Shown here piece after piece: positions 52,001 to 60,836 of a stretch of DNA of 64,000 nt. The position numbers and the translations under genes are program-made. The DNA is from an uncultured Bacillota bacterium (GTDB lineage Bacteria > Bacillota_I > Bacilli_A > RFN20 > CAG-288), in assembly GCA_949284445.1 (NCBI GenBank), contig CASDVP010000009.1:14609-78608 (forward strand), written 5' to 3'. The notes beneath the pieces were generated by a model that saw nothing but the letters and a program-made list of their open reading frames with translations, made no database searches and was not told the DNA's origin. How positions within the stretch are numbered: the stretch's first letter is position 1; every line of letters starts with the position of its first letter.

Positions 52001-52749
52001 CTATTGTTGCTCCTACGTCATTAACTATTAAAGCAAATGGAGATGCCACTACTGTTGAAGAGAAGAAAACACTTCAATTGTTTGTAACTGCTGAACCAAC
52101 TAATGCTGATTTAGATGCTGATTGGTCTAGCAGTGATAATGGAATTGCCACTGTATCTGATACTGGTGTTGTTACTGGTGTGTCCAAAGGAAAGGTGACT
52201 ATTACAGCCACTTCTAAAATTGATGCTAACATTAAGGCAACCATTGATTTAGAAGTATTAGAAAATACCACACCTGTTGGAGCTAGTATTGTATTTGATA
52301 TGACTGCTGGTTGGGATGGTAAGAAAGTTTCTAATGATACTTTTGACAGCAACCAATTAGATTCAAACGCGACTCAAGCTTACTTTAACTCAATTCTCCC
52401 TGATTCGGGAATCACCATTACAAATGCAGCAAATATTAAGAAGGGAAAAGCAGGATTAAATGGGATTGCTCTGGGAACTGGTAGTAATGCTGGAACACTT
52501 CAATTTACTACTACTAGTCAAATTAAAGGTGTTAAAATAACTGCACTTGCATGGGGTAGTGATGAAGCAGTTGCTATAGTTAATGATTCTGAACCTCAAA
52601 ATGTAAAATCTGGTGAATATTCTGAAGCTGCGAGCGGAGATTATGAATTGGTTTTTAATTTTGACACTCCTACTACAGAGATTAGCATCAAAAATAATGG
52701 TAAGAATCAAAGATTTGCTATTCTTAAACTAGAATTAATTCTTGCTTAA
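49078..52749 (+). CDS. 1223-aa surface lipoprotein with Big_2 domains and multiple OB-fold-like modules
   Basis: Lipobox MVSC. WTSSDTSIATVSDDGVV-type repeats. VRGVVVAK..YLIDDGTAAVYVF..IGDYYEVGG..YNG and two YGNFYI..YGATA modules. Confidence 0.85.
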   Translation: MKKKFLLSLAGLLSLVGMVSCTETSNKPNVSVTTNLPALSTLSILNKDELQSDWHLDDNYRTLDVSGGENVNIQQYIYSNQVTITSSDSSVIATSGLTLTPRKVGKSTITIAYNNSELKDSVEIEILSAHKLTSDSSFVVFDERTSQLTYSIGSDTTRPDDLSKLKYTDQAATDVAWTSSDTSIATVSDDGVVSAVKKPDADTSVTITATLKSNPKYTKTITIDVFEKIPVVAISALDDYEIGDTAFVRGVVVAKTTQGYLIDDGTAAVYVFLKDDPANINIGDYYEVGGALAAYNGALQFTADAAQTKLSETAPKPREAIALTKEIADGWKTKSASTEKQQYSTTEIAKYSWTAVAAKDGKYWVINLEGSTTKIEASYMPNNFKLEAGKTYNIEAYFGGYAGPNYGDYAAMYITSVEETEPLGVNVQLDQTAVTLTKGQTITLKASVYGAENTSVTWKSDTETVATVTEEGVVTAVANGTATITATSVEDNTKSATCVITVADEVAEPKQKVVNSVSEITNDTAKDLSQVYIIEGTVSKWYKDNSDGTNYGNFYIKDSTGAELLVYGATADASVLSFDNHTAEYSYDNPANFKTNEYTSKITLGSNITLAAVRTEFSGTKQLNAIVLSADDTFVVNYDVDTTGVTEGSASNVYLYETTGKITRWYDENDDAGQYGNFYIQTEGKEEICIYGATAQADSLKFDPETGNYYLSNPQDFLTNEATKDLKIGDSITIRGFRSDYNGSVQLKGIVVTDSQNEDPDQSVKLSELKSLENGTKFISRGYYMGKNDTSYEGNYNAVYVADGSTSYLLYKVSETLLPDNLVPNETIIEFSGVISNYTKEDSTIYEATASEITIVDSDESIVKPTIHTINAENPEFDLNAGVEHNKVNIEDATVTDVSVGNYGNTTIYFNVGESDTEYSIYLDSRYTNLEDEDLAELEAGDSFTTSTWIAANTGKTPFTYNFAYVENFVRTPKPIVAPTSLTIKANGDATTVEEKKTLQLFVTAEPTNADLDADWSSSDNGIATVSDTGVVTGVSKGKVTITATSKIDANIKATIDLEVLENTTPVGASIVFDMTAGWDGKKVSNDTFDSNQLDSNATQAYFNSILPDSGITITNAANIKKGKAGLNGIALGTGSNAGTLQFTTTSQIKGVKITALAWGSDEAVAIVNDSEPQNVKSGEYSEAASGDYELVFNFDTPTTEISIKNNGKNQRFAILKLELILA

Positions 52750-52771
52750 TTATTTTCTTTAGAATAAATAT

Positions 52772-52803
52772 GTGTCCTGCCGTAAAGGCAGGACACTTCT
52801 TTT
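52772..52803 (+). terminator. Rho-independent terminator
   Basis: GTGTCCTGCC-GTAAA-GGCAGGACAC followed by TTCTTTT. Confidence 0.9.
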
Positions 52804-52849
52804 CTTGACTAATCGGTGCGAAAATAAGATAATATTTAAGCACCTTTTT

Positions 52850-52937
52850 GGAGTGATACTCAAGTTGGTGAAGAGGAGTCCCTGCTAAGGACTTAGGGGG
52901 AGCAATCCCCGCGAGAGTTCAAATCTCTCTCACTCCG
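52850..52937 (+). tRNA. tRNA-Ser(GCT)
   Basis: Acceptor GGAGTGA/TCACTCC, anticodon arm AGTCC-CTGCTAA-GGACT, long variable arm, GTTCAAATC T-loop. CCA not encoded. TTGACT-17-GATAAT promoter upstream. Confidence 0.96.
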
Positions 52938-52953
52938 TATTTGACCGAAATTT

Positions 52954-52975
52954 GCCCTAATTCTAGGGCTTTTTT
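52954..52975 (+). terminator. tRNA terminator
   Basis: GCCCTA-ATTC-TAGGGC plus T6. Confidence 0.75.
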
Positions 52976-53039
52976 ATTTTCTGTTTGCACTTTGTTTGCA
53001 CTTTTTATATATAATAATTTAACTAGGAGCATGATATTT

Positions 53040-54026
53040 ATGGATTTAAAACATATGTTGTTAACTTTAAACACCATTCCTTTATCCATGAGCTATCTAA
53101 GATACAAAAAGGTCAGAACATATCAAAAATTAAACAAAAATGAGAATGATGTAAAACTGTTTATTAAAGCCAGCAAGTATAAAGAAAAATACTGGCTTGC
53201 TATGTATAAATATCTTGATAAGCATTATTCGTATATTTTAAACAAAGAATATCATAAGCATTATGATACTCATACAAGCGAAAAGAATATTTATGTTTTA
53301 TGGCTTCAAGGCGAAGATAAAATGCCAATGGTATCACAAATCTGTTTAGAAAGATTGAAATTATTAAATCCAGATATCAATATTGTAGTTTTAACTTCTG
53401 AGAACTTAAAACAACATAAGATTGAACTTCCTGATTATATTCTAGAAAAATACCAGAAAGGTTTTATTTCAGCTACTATTTTATCTGATTTAATAAGGAT
53501 TTCACTTTTAGCTAATAATCAAGGATTATATTTAGATGCGACGGTTTATTGTCTTAAACCTCTTCCAAAATGGTATTTTGATGTACCTTTCTTTTCTTTA
53601 AATTCTCGCAATTTATTTGAAACTGTGGGTAATATTATTCGATTCGATAATTTTGAGTTTGGAGAAGTTTATGCTTTAGGTGGAACATCTCCATTAATCT
53701 ATTCAATGGCTAAAGATATTTATTTTGATTATTTAAAACATCATGGTGTTGTTCCTTGCTATGAATTCACATATTATATTTTCCGTTATCTTTATTATCG
53801 ATGTGAAGCCGTGAGAAATATGATCAATCAACTTCCCAGTAACAATAAGCATGCTGAATTTTTAGTAAATTATTATAATGATGGCGATTTAGATAAACAA
53901 ACTTCATTTAAATTTGATAATGATGATGCTTTTATTAAACTGTCTAATAAGTTAGATTTTTTAAACAGATATGATAAAGCAACTTTAAAGCAGTTAATTG
54001 AAGATTTAGTCAACAGACATTCTTAG
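53040..54026 (+). CDS. Capsular polysaccharide synthesis (Caps_synth/GT32-like) glycosyltransferase
   Basis: IYVLWLQGEDKMP, SDLIRISLL, GLYLDAT. Start moved downstream of AGGAG. Confidence 0.88.
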   Translation: MDLKHMLLTLNTIPLSMSYLRYKKVRTYQKLNKNENDVKLFIKASKYKEKYWLAMYKYLDKHYSYILNKEYHKHYDTHTSEKNIYVLWLQGEDKMPMVSQICLERLKLLNPDINIVVLTSENLKQHKIELPDYILEKYQKGFISATILSDLIRISLLANNQGLYLDATVYCLKPLPKWYFDVPFFSLNSRNLFETVGNIIRFDNFEFGEVYALGGTSPLIYSMAKDIYFDYLKHHGVVPCYEFTYYIFRYLYYRCEAVRNMINQLPSNNKHAEFLVNYYNDGDLDKQTSFKFDNDDAFIKLSNKLDFLNRYDKATLKQLIEDLVNRHS

Positions 54027-54119
54027 TATTATTTTATCCTTAAAGCTTGGAAATATGACCACCATTTAACCCTCTTAAAACAATAGCTTTTATATTGTTT
54101 AAAAAGTATAATTTAAGGG

Positions 54120-54557
54120 ATGAAACAATTATATGATATCAATGCTTTAGCTAGAGTCTTATCCGTTTCGCCATCTGATATTTTTAGAATTGAAATATCA
54201 GAAGTGAATCGGGTTTTGCCTGGTAAAATTGGTGATAGATATTATTGTGTCATTAAATCTGATCGTTTCATCTGTTATTATTTAAAGAATGGAATCATCA
54301 ATAGCCAGGTCAGTCTATTATTCAAAGATTTTCAAGAAGCTAAATTCTTTTGTAAAAGAGGAAAATTATATTTTGAAAGTAATTTTAAAGGATACTTTTT
54401 TCCTTTTTATGCTAAAAGAGCTGCTTGGAAATCAAAAGCTGGAAAATCATTTATTAATCATTTAAGCAAACAAGTGAACATTAAGAATATAAATGATTAT
54501 AAATTAGCGACAGGAAAGTTATTTGTCTTTAGCTATCTTAATCATTTATTTGGCTGA
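54120..54557 (+). CDS. Hypothetical basic protein
   Basis: 145-aa ORF filling the gap. No recognisable motif. Confidence 0.55.
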   Translation: MKQLYDINALARVLSVSPSDIFRIEISEVNRVLPGKIGDRYYCVIKSDRFICYYLKNGIINSQVSLLFKDFQEAKFFCKRGKLYFESNFKGYFFPFYAKRAAWKSKAGKSFINHLSKQVNIKNINDYKLATGKLFVFSYLNHLFG

Positions 54558-54624
54558 TGTTATATTGAATTGACTATTATATTGCTTTAAGCAAGTGAAT
54601 GTTTAAAATAATGTTTTGTTGATT

Positions 54625-56121
54625 ATGGCTAATTTTTTTAAAAAAATAACTCTGGATAGCAAGTCGATCAAGGTAAATGCTATTTTTAATAGCATTTATC
54701 AAATTTTGGTGCTTTTAGCTCCATTGATAACTACCCCTTATATTTCGCGCGTTTTAGGTGTAGATGCTATAGGAAGTTATCAGTATTGTTATTCGATTAT
54801 GAATTATTTCACCCTAGTTGCAATGTTTGGTTTTTCAGATTATGGAATTAAAAAGATAGCCGAGTTGCGAGATGATAAGTCAAAAAGATCTAATGCTTTT
54901 TGGGAAATCATGTTTTCCAAAGGCCTCATTTCTTTGATTTGTTTAGTAGTTTATTTCCTTGTCACTCTCATATTATTTTCTGGCACAGAAATGATGATCT
55001 TTTTAGTCATGTCTCTGTTTGTGATTTCGGTACTATTAGATCCGACTTTTTATTTTCAAGGGCGAGAAAACTTTATATCGATTTGTATAAGAAATATCAT
55101 AGTTCGTTTGTTTACAATCGCAATGATATTTGTTGTGGTTCATTCACCAGATGATGTAGTTCTATATGCGCTAGTTTTAGCTGGCAGTAACTTATTATCA
55201 GCTATCATTATGTTTTTCTCGTTTAAGGGCAGTATTAATAAGCCTAATTTTAAAGAAATGCATGTTCTCAATCAATTCAAGCAATCATTCCCCTATTTTA
55301 TCCCTGCATTATCAATATCATTATTCACTTCTTTAAATCAAACCTTATTAGGCTCAATTTTAAAGAATGATACAGTTAGCGGCTATTATGCTCAAGCTAT
55401 TAGGTTTTCTAATTTAATCGGTTCTTTTGTTGGTTCGCTGAGCACAATTATGTTGTCGCGTATCTCATATTTGCACGCTCATAATGACGAAGAACAAGTG
55501 AAACACAAGGTTAAAGTTGCATTTCATGCTGCTTGGGCTGTCGGTTTACCATGTGTTTTTGGTATATGTGCTATCAGTCATGTTTTGATTCCAGTATTTT
55601 TAGGACCTGGATATGAGCCAGTTATTTATTTGATTTATATCATTGCTCCAATCGGTATTATTTCACCGATTAATACTTTATATGGAAACGTGTATTATAA
55701 AGCCTACAATAAAATCTGGTATCAGACAGGTATCTTATTAACAGCAGCAATCGTATCTATATCTCTAAATTTCTTATTGATCCCTAAATTTGGTGCAACA
55801 GGTTGTGCGATAGCATCTCTTGCTGCTGAATTAGTCCAAGTACCAATCTATATGTTTTTCTCGCGAAAAACATTTGATCACAAAGAATTGTTTAAAACCA
55901 TAATCAAGCCCTTTGATGCTTCACTTCTTATGATGATTGCTATATTTGTACTAGATAATATTATTGGGAAATTGCTTTCTAACACACTAGCTGTAATCAT
56001 CTATATTCTAGTCGGCATTATAGTTTATGGTTGTTTCATTTTGCTATTTAAAGATGATTTTGTAGTTCCATTAGTGAAAAAAGGTTTTATAAAAATTAAA
56101 ACAAAGATTTTTAAGAAATAG
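54625..56121 (+). CDS. wzx: Polysaccharide flippase
   Basis: NSIYQIL..PLITTPYISRVLG, GYYAQA, LIPKFGATG. 12-14 TMs. Confidence 0.92.
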   Translation: MANFFKKITLDSKSIKVNAIFNSIYQILVLLAPLITTPYISRVLGVDAIGSYQYCYSIMNYFTLVAMFGFSDYGIKKIAELRDDKSKRSNAFWEIMFSKGLISLICLVVYFLVTLILFSGTEMMIFLVMSLFVISVLLDPTFYFQGRENFISICIRNIIVRLFTIAMIFVVVHSPDDVVLYALVLAGSNLLSAIIMFFSFKGSINKPNFKEMHVLNQFKQSFPYFIPALSISLFTSLNQTLLGSILKNDTVSGYYAQAIRFSNLIGSFVGSLSTIMLSRISYLHAHNDEEQVKHKVKVAFHAAWAVGLPCVFGICAISHVLIPVFLGPGYEPVIYLIYIIAPIGIISPINTLYGNVYYKAYNKIWYQTGILLTAAIVSISLNFLLIPKFGATGCAIASLAAELVQVPIYMFFSRKTFDHKELFKTIIKPFDASLLMMIAIFVLDNIIGKLLSNTLAVIIYILVGIIVYGCFILLFKDDFVVPLVKKGFIKIKTKIFKK

Positions 56122-56142
56122 TCTTTTATGAAAGGGTACAAA

Positions 56143-56904
56143 ATGGATGATATAAAAATTATAGTAGCATGTCATAAGCCTGTTAACACTATACCTGAAT
56201 CAAGTATTTATTTACCAGTAGAGGTTGGAGCAGCTTTAAGAAATGAACATTTTCTAGATACTTTAGATAATACTGGTGATAATATTTCTGCTAAAAATCC
56301 TAGCTATTGTGAATTAACAGGACTCTACTGGGCATTTAAACACTTAGATTATGATGTTCTGGGCTTAGTTCATTATCGACGCTTATTCATGAAATCTAAT
56401 CTTTGTGTTAGAAAGAATATAAAAAATGTGATCACTGAAAAAGAGATCAACCGACTTTTATCTGATCATGATTTTATTCTTCCAAAGAAAAGACATTATT
56501 ATATCGAAACCAATTACTCACACTATATTCATGCCCATAATAAAGAAGCATTAGATAAAACTGGTGAAATCATAAAACAATATTATCCAGAATATTATTC
56601 ATATTTTCAAAAACATATGAATAAAAGAACTGGACATTATTTCAATATGTTTATCGCTAAAAAAGAAGTTATCAACCCATTCCTGACTTGGATGTTTGAT
56701 ATTTTATTTAAACTAGAACAAGAGATCGATTTAAATGATTATCAGGGTGTAGAAAGACGTGTGTTTGGATATATTTCTGAATTATTATTTGATGTTTATA
56801 TCTCTAAAAACAATCTAAAAGTTAAGAATCAAAAATACTTGTTTTTTGAAAAACAGAATTGGGTTAAGAAGATATTTAATTTCATCAAAAGAAAGTTTAA
56901 ATAA
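56143..56904 (+). CDS. DUF4422 family putative glycosyltransferase
   Basis: IIVACHK, DNTGDNISAKNPSYCELTGLYW, GLVHYRR, RVFGYISE. Confidence 0.9.
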   Translation: MDDIKIIVACHKPVNTIPESSIYLPVEVGAALRNEHFLDTLDNTGDNISAKNPSYCELTGLYWAFKHLDYDVLGLVHYRRLFMKSNLCVRKNIKNVITEKEINRLLSDHDFILPKKRHYYIETNYSHYIHAHNKEALDKTGEIIKQYYPEYYSYFQKHMNKRTGHYFNMFIAKKEVINPFLTWMFDILFKLEQEIDLNDYQGVERRVFGYISELLFDVYISKNNLKVKNQKYLFFEKQNWVKKIFNFIKRKFK

Positions 56905-56916
56905 TGGGTTTTTAAT

Positions 56917-57900
56917 ATGAAGTTAACTATTTGTATTGTTAATTACAACAAGTCAAAATATCTTCCAGATTTATTTGATTCATTAATTCAACAAACTGAT
57001 AAAGATTTTTCTATTCTATTTGTAGATAATTGTTCTACAGATAGTTCTATTGAAGTTGTTAACAAATATAAAGCTAACCTACCTATTGAACTTATATATG
57101 AAAGCCGAAAAGGTGTTCAATTTGCTAGAAATACAGCACTTAGCAATGTGAAAACAGACTATTTCACTTTCGTAGACGCAGATGATATTGTTGCAAAAAA
57201 TTATGTATCTTTTATTAATGGTTCACTTCCTGTAGATGAACTATTGATGTTTTCTTTTAAGACTTTTGAAGATAAAAAAACCATACAACAATATTTAGAT
57301 GGTGCTCAGGATTTTGAAATAAAAAAAGTCAAATTAGAAAAACGAATGTACTCATTTCAATCGATAGAAGGGATTGAAATGACTTATTTATGGAATAAGG
57401 TCTTTAAAAAGTCTATTTGCGACACTTTTGATATAACATTTGACGAGAGCGTTGGAATAGGAGAAGATTGCTTTTTTATAGATAAATATCTTGAACATAT
57501 TTCATCAATTCTAGTCAGCAAACAAGTGCTTTATTTTTATAGAAAAGCCGAGGATTCACTGATGAATTATTCATCCATTAATGAGTTAGTGATAAATAGA
57601 TTCTTGTCTGAAATAAAGCGGTGCGATTATTTAAATGAAGTTTTAGATGTTTCTTCTAGTGAATATTTAGAATGGATGACACATGAGATATGGATATATA
57701 GAAATATCTATAGATTGCTCATCAGAGCAAATAGAATAGATTATGCGAATAATTTCCTTAATAATTATTTATCATCTGTCAAACAGAGATTAAAGAAAAA
57801 CAAGGTTATATCATTGTTAAGACTAAAACTGTTTATCAAATTAATCGGAAAGAAAAGATATTTTGGGATCGTTTCTAAAAAGCCCCAAAAGAATAGATGA
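56917..57900 (+). CDS. Family 2 glycosyltransferase
   Basis: VNYN, VDNCSTD, ARNTAL, FVDADD, LWNKVF, GED. Confidence 0.93.
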   Translation: MKLTICIVNYNKSKYLPDLFDSLIQQTDKDFSILFVDNCSTDSSIEVVNKYKANLPIELIYESRKGVQFARNTALSNVKTDYFTFVDADDIVAKNYVSFINGSLPVDELLMFSFKTFEDKKTIQQYLDGAQDFEIKKVKLEKRMYSFQSIEGIEMTYLWNKVFKKSICDTFDITFDESVGIGEDCFFIDKYLEHISSILVSKQVLYFYRKAEDSLMNYSSINELVINRFLSEIKRCDYLNEVLDVSSSEYLEWMTHEIWIYRNIYRLLIRANRIDYANNFLNNYLSSVKQRLKKNKVISLLRLKLFIKLIGKKRYFGIVSKKPQKNR

Positions 57901-59044
57901 ATGCATCATTAAAGTTGTGTAATCCTAGTGCGCCGACAATGAATAAAGCAAAATAGGAGACTAAAATTAACGTTTTATTAATCCTATAGTTATTGCTGTT
58001 TTTAAGAATGACTGGAACTATCAAGATTCCTACACAAGAAAAGATAGAAGCTAATCTATTCATGATCCACCAATTGATTTTTAATAGTGAAAAACAAGCT
58101 GAGACAACAATGGAGTAGAATGAAATACTTTGTGCAGTAGTCAATTCAGCAGTTTTAGCTTTATCAACATATAATATCAACTGCATATTCTGAGTTTTAT
58201 TAAAATTATTAGTAGGTGCTGGGATCAGTAATTGTTTATAAACAACAGTTTTATGGTTATATGAACTTAATATTAATACTATACATATGAGTGGGAACAT
58301 CAAATCAAATATGGCATTCATCGTACCCCAGGATGTAAAAAAGACGCTTGTTAAGTAAAATTCATAATGAAGTAATCTAACTATTGGAACGAGAATATTA
58401 TCTCCTAAAATCAAAACAACAAAGGCACCACAAGCTATTGCTAAAAATACCGCGATATTCTTTTTTATGAATGGGCATAATATTAATAAAGCTAAAACGA
58501 TGTTTATCTTATGAAATAATGCAGATAATAAACAACCTATTAAATAAAGAATATAATGTTTCTTTTTTAAACATGGTATAAATAACAATACAATTGCTGT
58601 TCCTAAGTATTGGCGCATAAGATTAAAACTTATGAAATAGTTAAAAGATAATAAATATAGCAAGATAGAAAAAGAAGGATCTGGTGACATCTTAAAAATA
58701 AAATACAAGACACCAAAGTTTATGATAAAGCTAGTCACTAATAACATGAACTGAGGATTTGAACTTATCTTGTAACAGAGATTAAATAATAGAGAAAATC
58801 CAAATTCATATCTCACATTAGTGAACGGAAATGGTGAATTGCCTATCTCTTCATAAGCATCGATGTACATCTGAGTATCAGTTCCGACATCCGCTGATCT
58901 TAATCCGGAGACCAAAGTTAAAACAATAAGGGAATAACTGAATAACCAAATCTTGTGATACCTTGAATTTTTAGTCACTAAAGATACTATAAAAATAGAT
59001 AAAATAATCGCTAAATAAAATAAAATCGTCTGTATCAAGGTCAT
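57875..59044 (-). CDS. EpsG-family (Wzy-like) polysaccharide polymerase
   Basis: SGLRSADVGTDT, YEFGF, FNLMRQ, SALFH. Multiple TMs. Confidence 0.88.
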   Translation of the reverse strand: MTLIQTILFYLAIILSIFIVSLVTKNSRYHKIWLFSYSLIVLTLVSGLRSADVGTDTQMYIDAYEEIGNSPFPFTNVRYEFGFSLLFNLCYKISSNPQFMLLVTSFIINFGVLYFIFKMSPDPSFSILLYLLSFNYFISFNLMRQYLGTAIVLLFIPCLKKKHYILYLIGCLLSALFHKINIVLALLILCPFIKKNIAVFLAIACGAFVVLILGDNILVPIVRLLHYEFYLTSVFFTSWGTMNAIFDLMFPLICIVLILSSYNHKTVVYKQLLIPAPTNNFNKTQNMQLILYVDKAKTAELTTAQSISFYSIVVSACFSLLKINWWIMNRLASIFSCVGILIVPVILKNSNNYRINKTLILVSYFALFIVGALGLHNFNDAFIYSFGAF

Positions 59045-59084
59045 TTCAAGATATTATACTACAGAGATAAATTCTGCTTTTGTA

Positions 59085-60008
59085 TTATCTCATAACTTTG
59101 TCGTATAAATGATTGATGAGAGAAGTTTTTTTCAAATTATCGATATTAATTCTCCAATTCAATTTTTGTGGGATTTTACTGATTTCATTTATATGCTTTT
59201 CTGTCACTTTGTAATTTAAATGATTTGTTAAATAATAAATATCATTGTCAGATTTATTATATTTTGCAAAATTCAAAATCACATCGTGATCGATCTCATT
59301 TATAGCGCATAGCATCAACATAATATCAATTAAAAAATAAGGTCTTTCTTCTAATTTTTCTATGGAATTAATCATCATTTCTAAAAAACAAGTGAACAAT
59401 ATCGAGTGTTTATTTGCTCCTATCAAGAATGTTGACCAGCAGCAATGGGTGTTTTTATATGAGAAAAAATGCGTTGTGTTTTCAGTGACAAGAGTAACAA
59501 AATTAAACTCAGAGAGCTGCTTTTTAAAGTTGATCGGTTTATCTATATATAAGGTTGAATCTATCCAGACACCACCGATTTGTGATATACAGGCTGCTCT
59601 AACAAGATCACTAAACATTTGAATTGAAAGCTCATTATTTTCTAGTTTGTTATAAATAGAATCTGGTAACCTAAGCAAAGTTTTTACATTATTTTTATCA
59701 ACCATTATGATGTTATATTCGTTCTCATATAATTTTTTCACTTGTTTATAACACATTTGAACTATTTTAGGGGCGTTATCAATACCATCATACCAAAAGA
59801 AAAAAATATTATTACTCGGTATGTATTCGTTGGTTTGAACTTTATATTTTTCTAAAATAGGTTTATTTAATTGCTCACAAATAGGCAGATATTTTTTGAT
59901 ATCATCAATAGCCTTGTTATGAGCTATTTTTCTTTTCAAAATGATTTTAAGGCCATTTGTGAAACCATAAGTTTGAATGTAATTAGCAATTTTATTTAAT
60001 GTGCTCAT
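59085..60008 (-). CDS. Capsular polysaccharide synthesis (Caps_synth) glycosyltransferase
   Basis: FFFWYDG..AP, FSDLVR, GGVWIDST. Confidence 0.88.
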   Translation of the reverse strand: MSTLNKIANYIQTYGFTNGLKIILKRKIAHNKAIDDIKKYLPICEQLNKPILEKYKVQTNEYIPSNNIFFFWYDGIDNAPKIVQMCYKQVKKLYENEYNIIMVDKNNVKTLLRLPDSIYNKLENNELSIQMFSDLVRAACISQIGGVWIDSTLYIDKPINFKKQLSEFNFVTLVTENTTHFFSYKNTHCCWSTFLIGANKHSILFTCFLEMMINSIEKLEERPYFLIDIMLMLCAINEIDHDVILNFAKYNKSDNDIYYLTNHLNYKVTEKHINEISKIPQKLNWRINIDNLKKTSLINHLYDKVMR

Positions 60009-60041
60009 ATCTCTCACCGTTTATTGTAAAATATTATAGCT

Positions 60042-60821
60042 ATGAATGAACAAGATTTAAAAATATTTATTGTGACACATAAAAAGTTTAACAAGCCGAA
60101 ATACGACGGCTATTATACTCTAGGTGTTGGGGATGATCAAAATAATATTGTCACTGATTTTCATGATAACACTGGTGATAATATCACTTCTAAAAATAAA
60201 AGCTTTTGTGAGTTAACTGCTTTATATTGGATCGATAAAAATGTTGATTGTAAAACAATTGGTTTAGTGCATTATAGAAGATATTTTTATCATCGGTATT
60301 TAAGTTTGTTTAAATACAAGTTATATTCTGTAGCGGAAATTAATAAAATTTTAAAAAAATATAAGGTGATTCTTCCGGTCCCTTCCATTCAAGCTGATAA
60401 AACATGGAAATGTGTATATGAACATTATTCACATTTTCATTATAAGAAAGACTTAGATGCTACGATTGAAATCATCAAAGAAATATATCCGCAATATTAT
60501 GATTCGTGTATGAAGGTTTTAAAAAGCAAAAAAATCTCATTGTGTAATATGGTTATAACATCAAAAGAAATATTGAGTGAATATTGTGAATTTTTATTTA
60601 ACATTTTATTCAGACTTGAAAAGCAGTTAGATATTTCGAATTATGATGATTATCAAGTTCGTATCTATGGCTTTTTAGGTGAATTATTGATCAATGTCTT
60701 CTTTGAACATCACAAAGAATATAAGATTAAATATCTACCTGTTTGTACAACCACTATTTCACCGATAAAAACCTATTTTATGAAATTTATCGGCTCAATC
60801 AGAAGAGTGATAGTCAAATAA
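60042..60821 (+). CDS. DUF4422 family putative glycosyltransferase
   Basis: FIVTHK, DNTGDNITSKNKSFCELTALYW, GLVHYRR, RIYGFLGE. Confidence 0.9.
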   Translation: MNEQDLKIFIVTHKKFNKPKYDGYYTLGVGDDQNNIVTDFHDNTGDNITSKNKSFCELTALYWIDKNVDCKTIGLVHYRRYFYHRYLSLFKYKLYSVAEINKILKKYKVILPVPSIQADKTWKCVYEHYSHFHYKKDLDATIEIIKEIYPQYYDSCMKVLKSKKISLCNMVITSKEILSEYCEFLFNILFRLEKQLDISNYDDYQVRIYGFLGELLINVFFEHHKEYKIKYLPVCTTTISPIKTYFMKFIGSIRRVIVK

Positions 60822-60836
60822 TATTGGTGATTTAAA

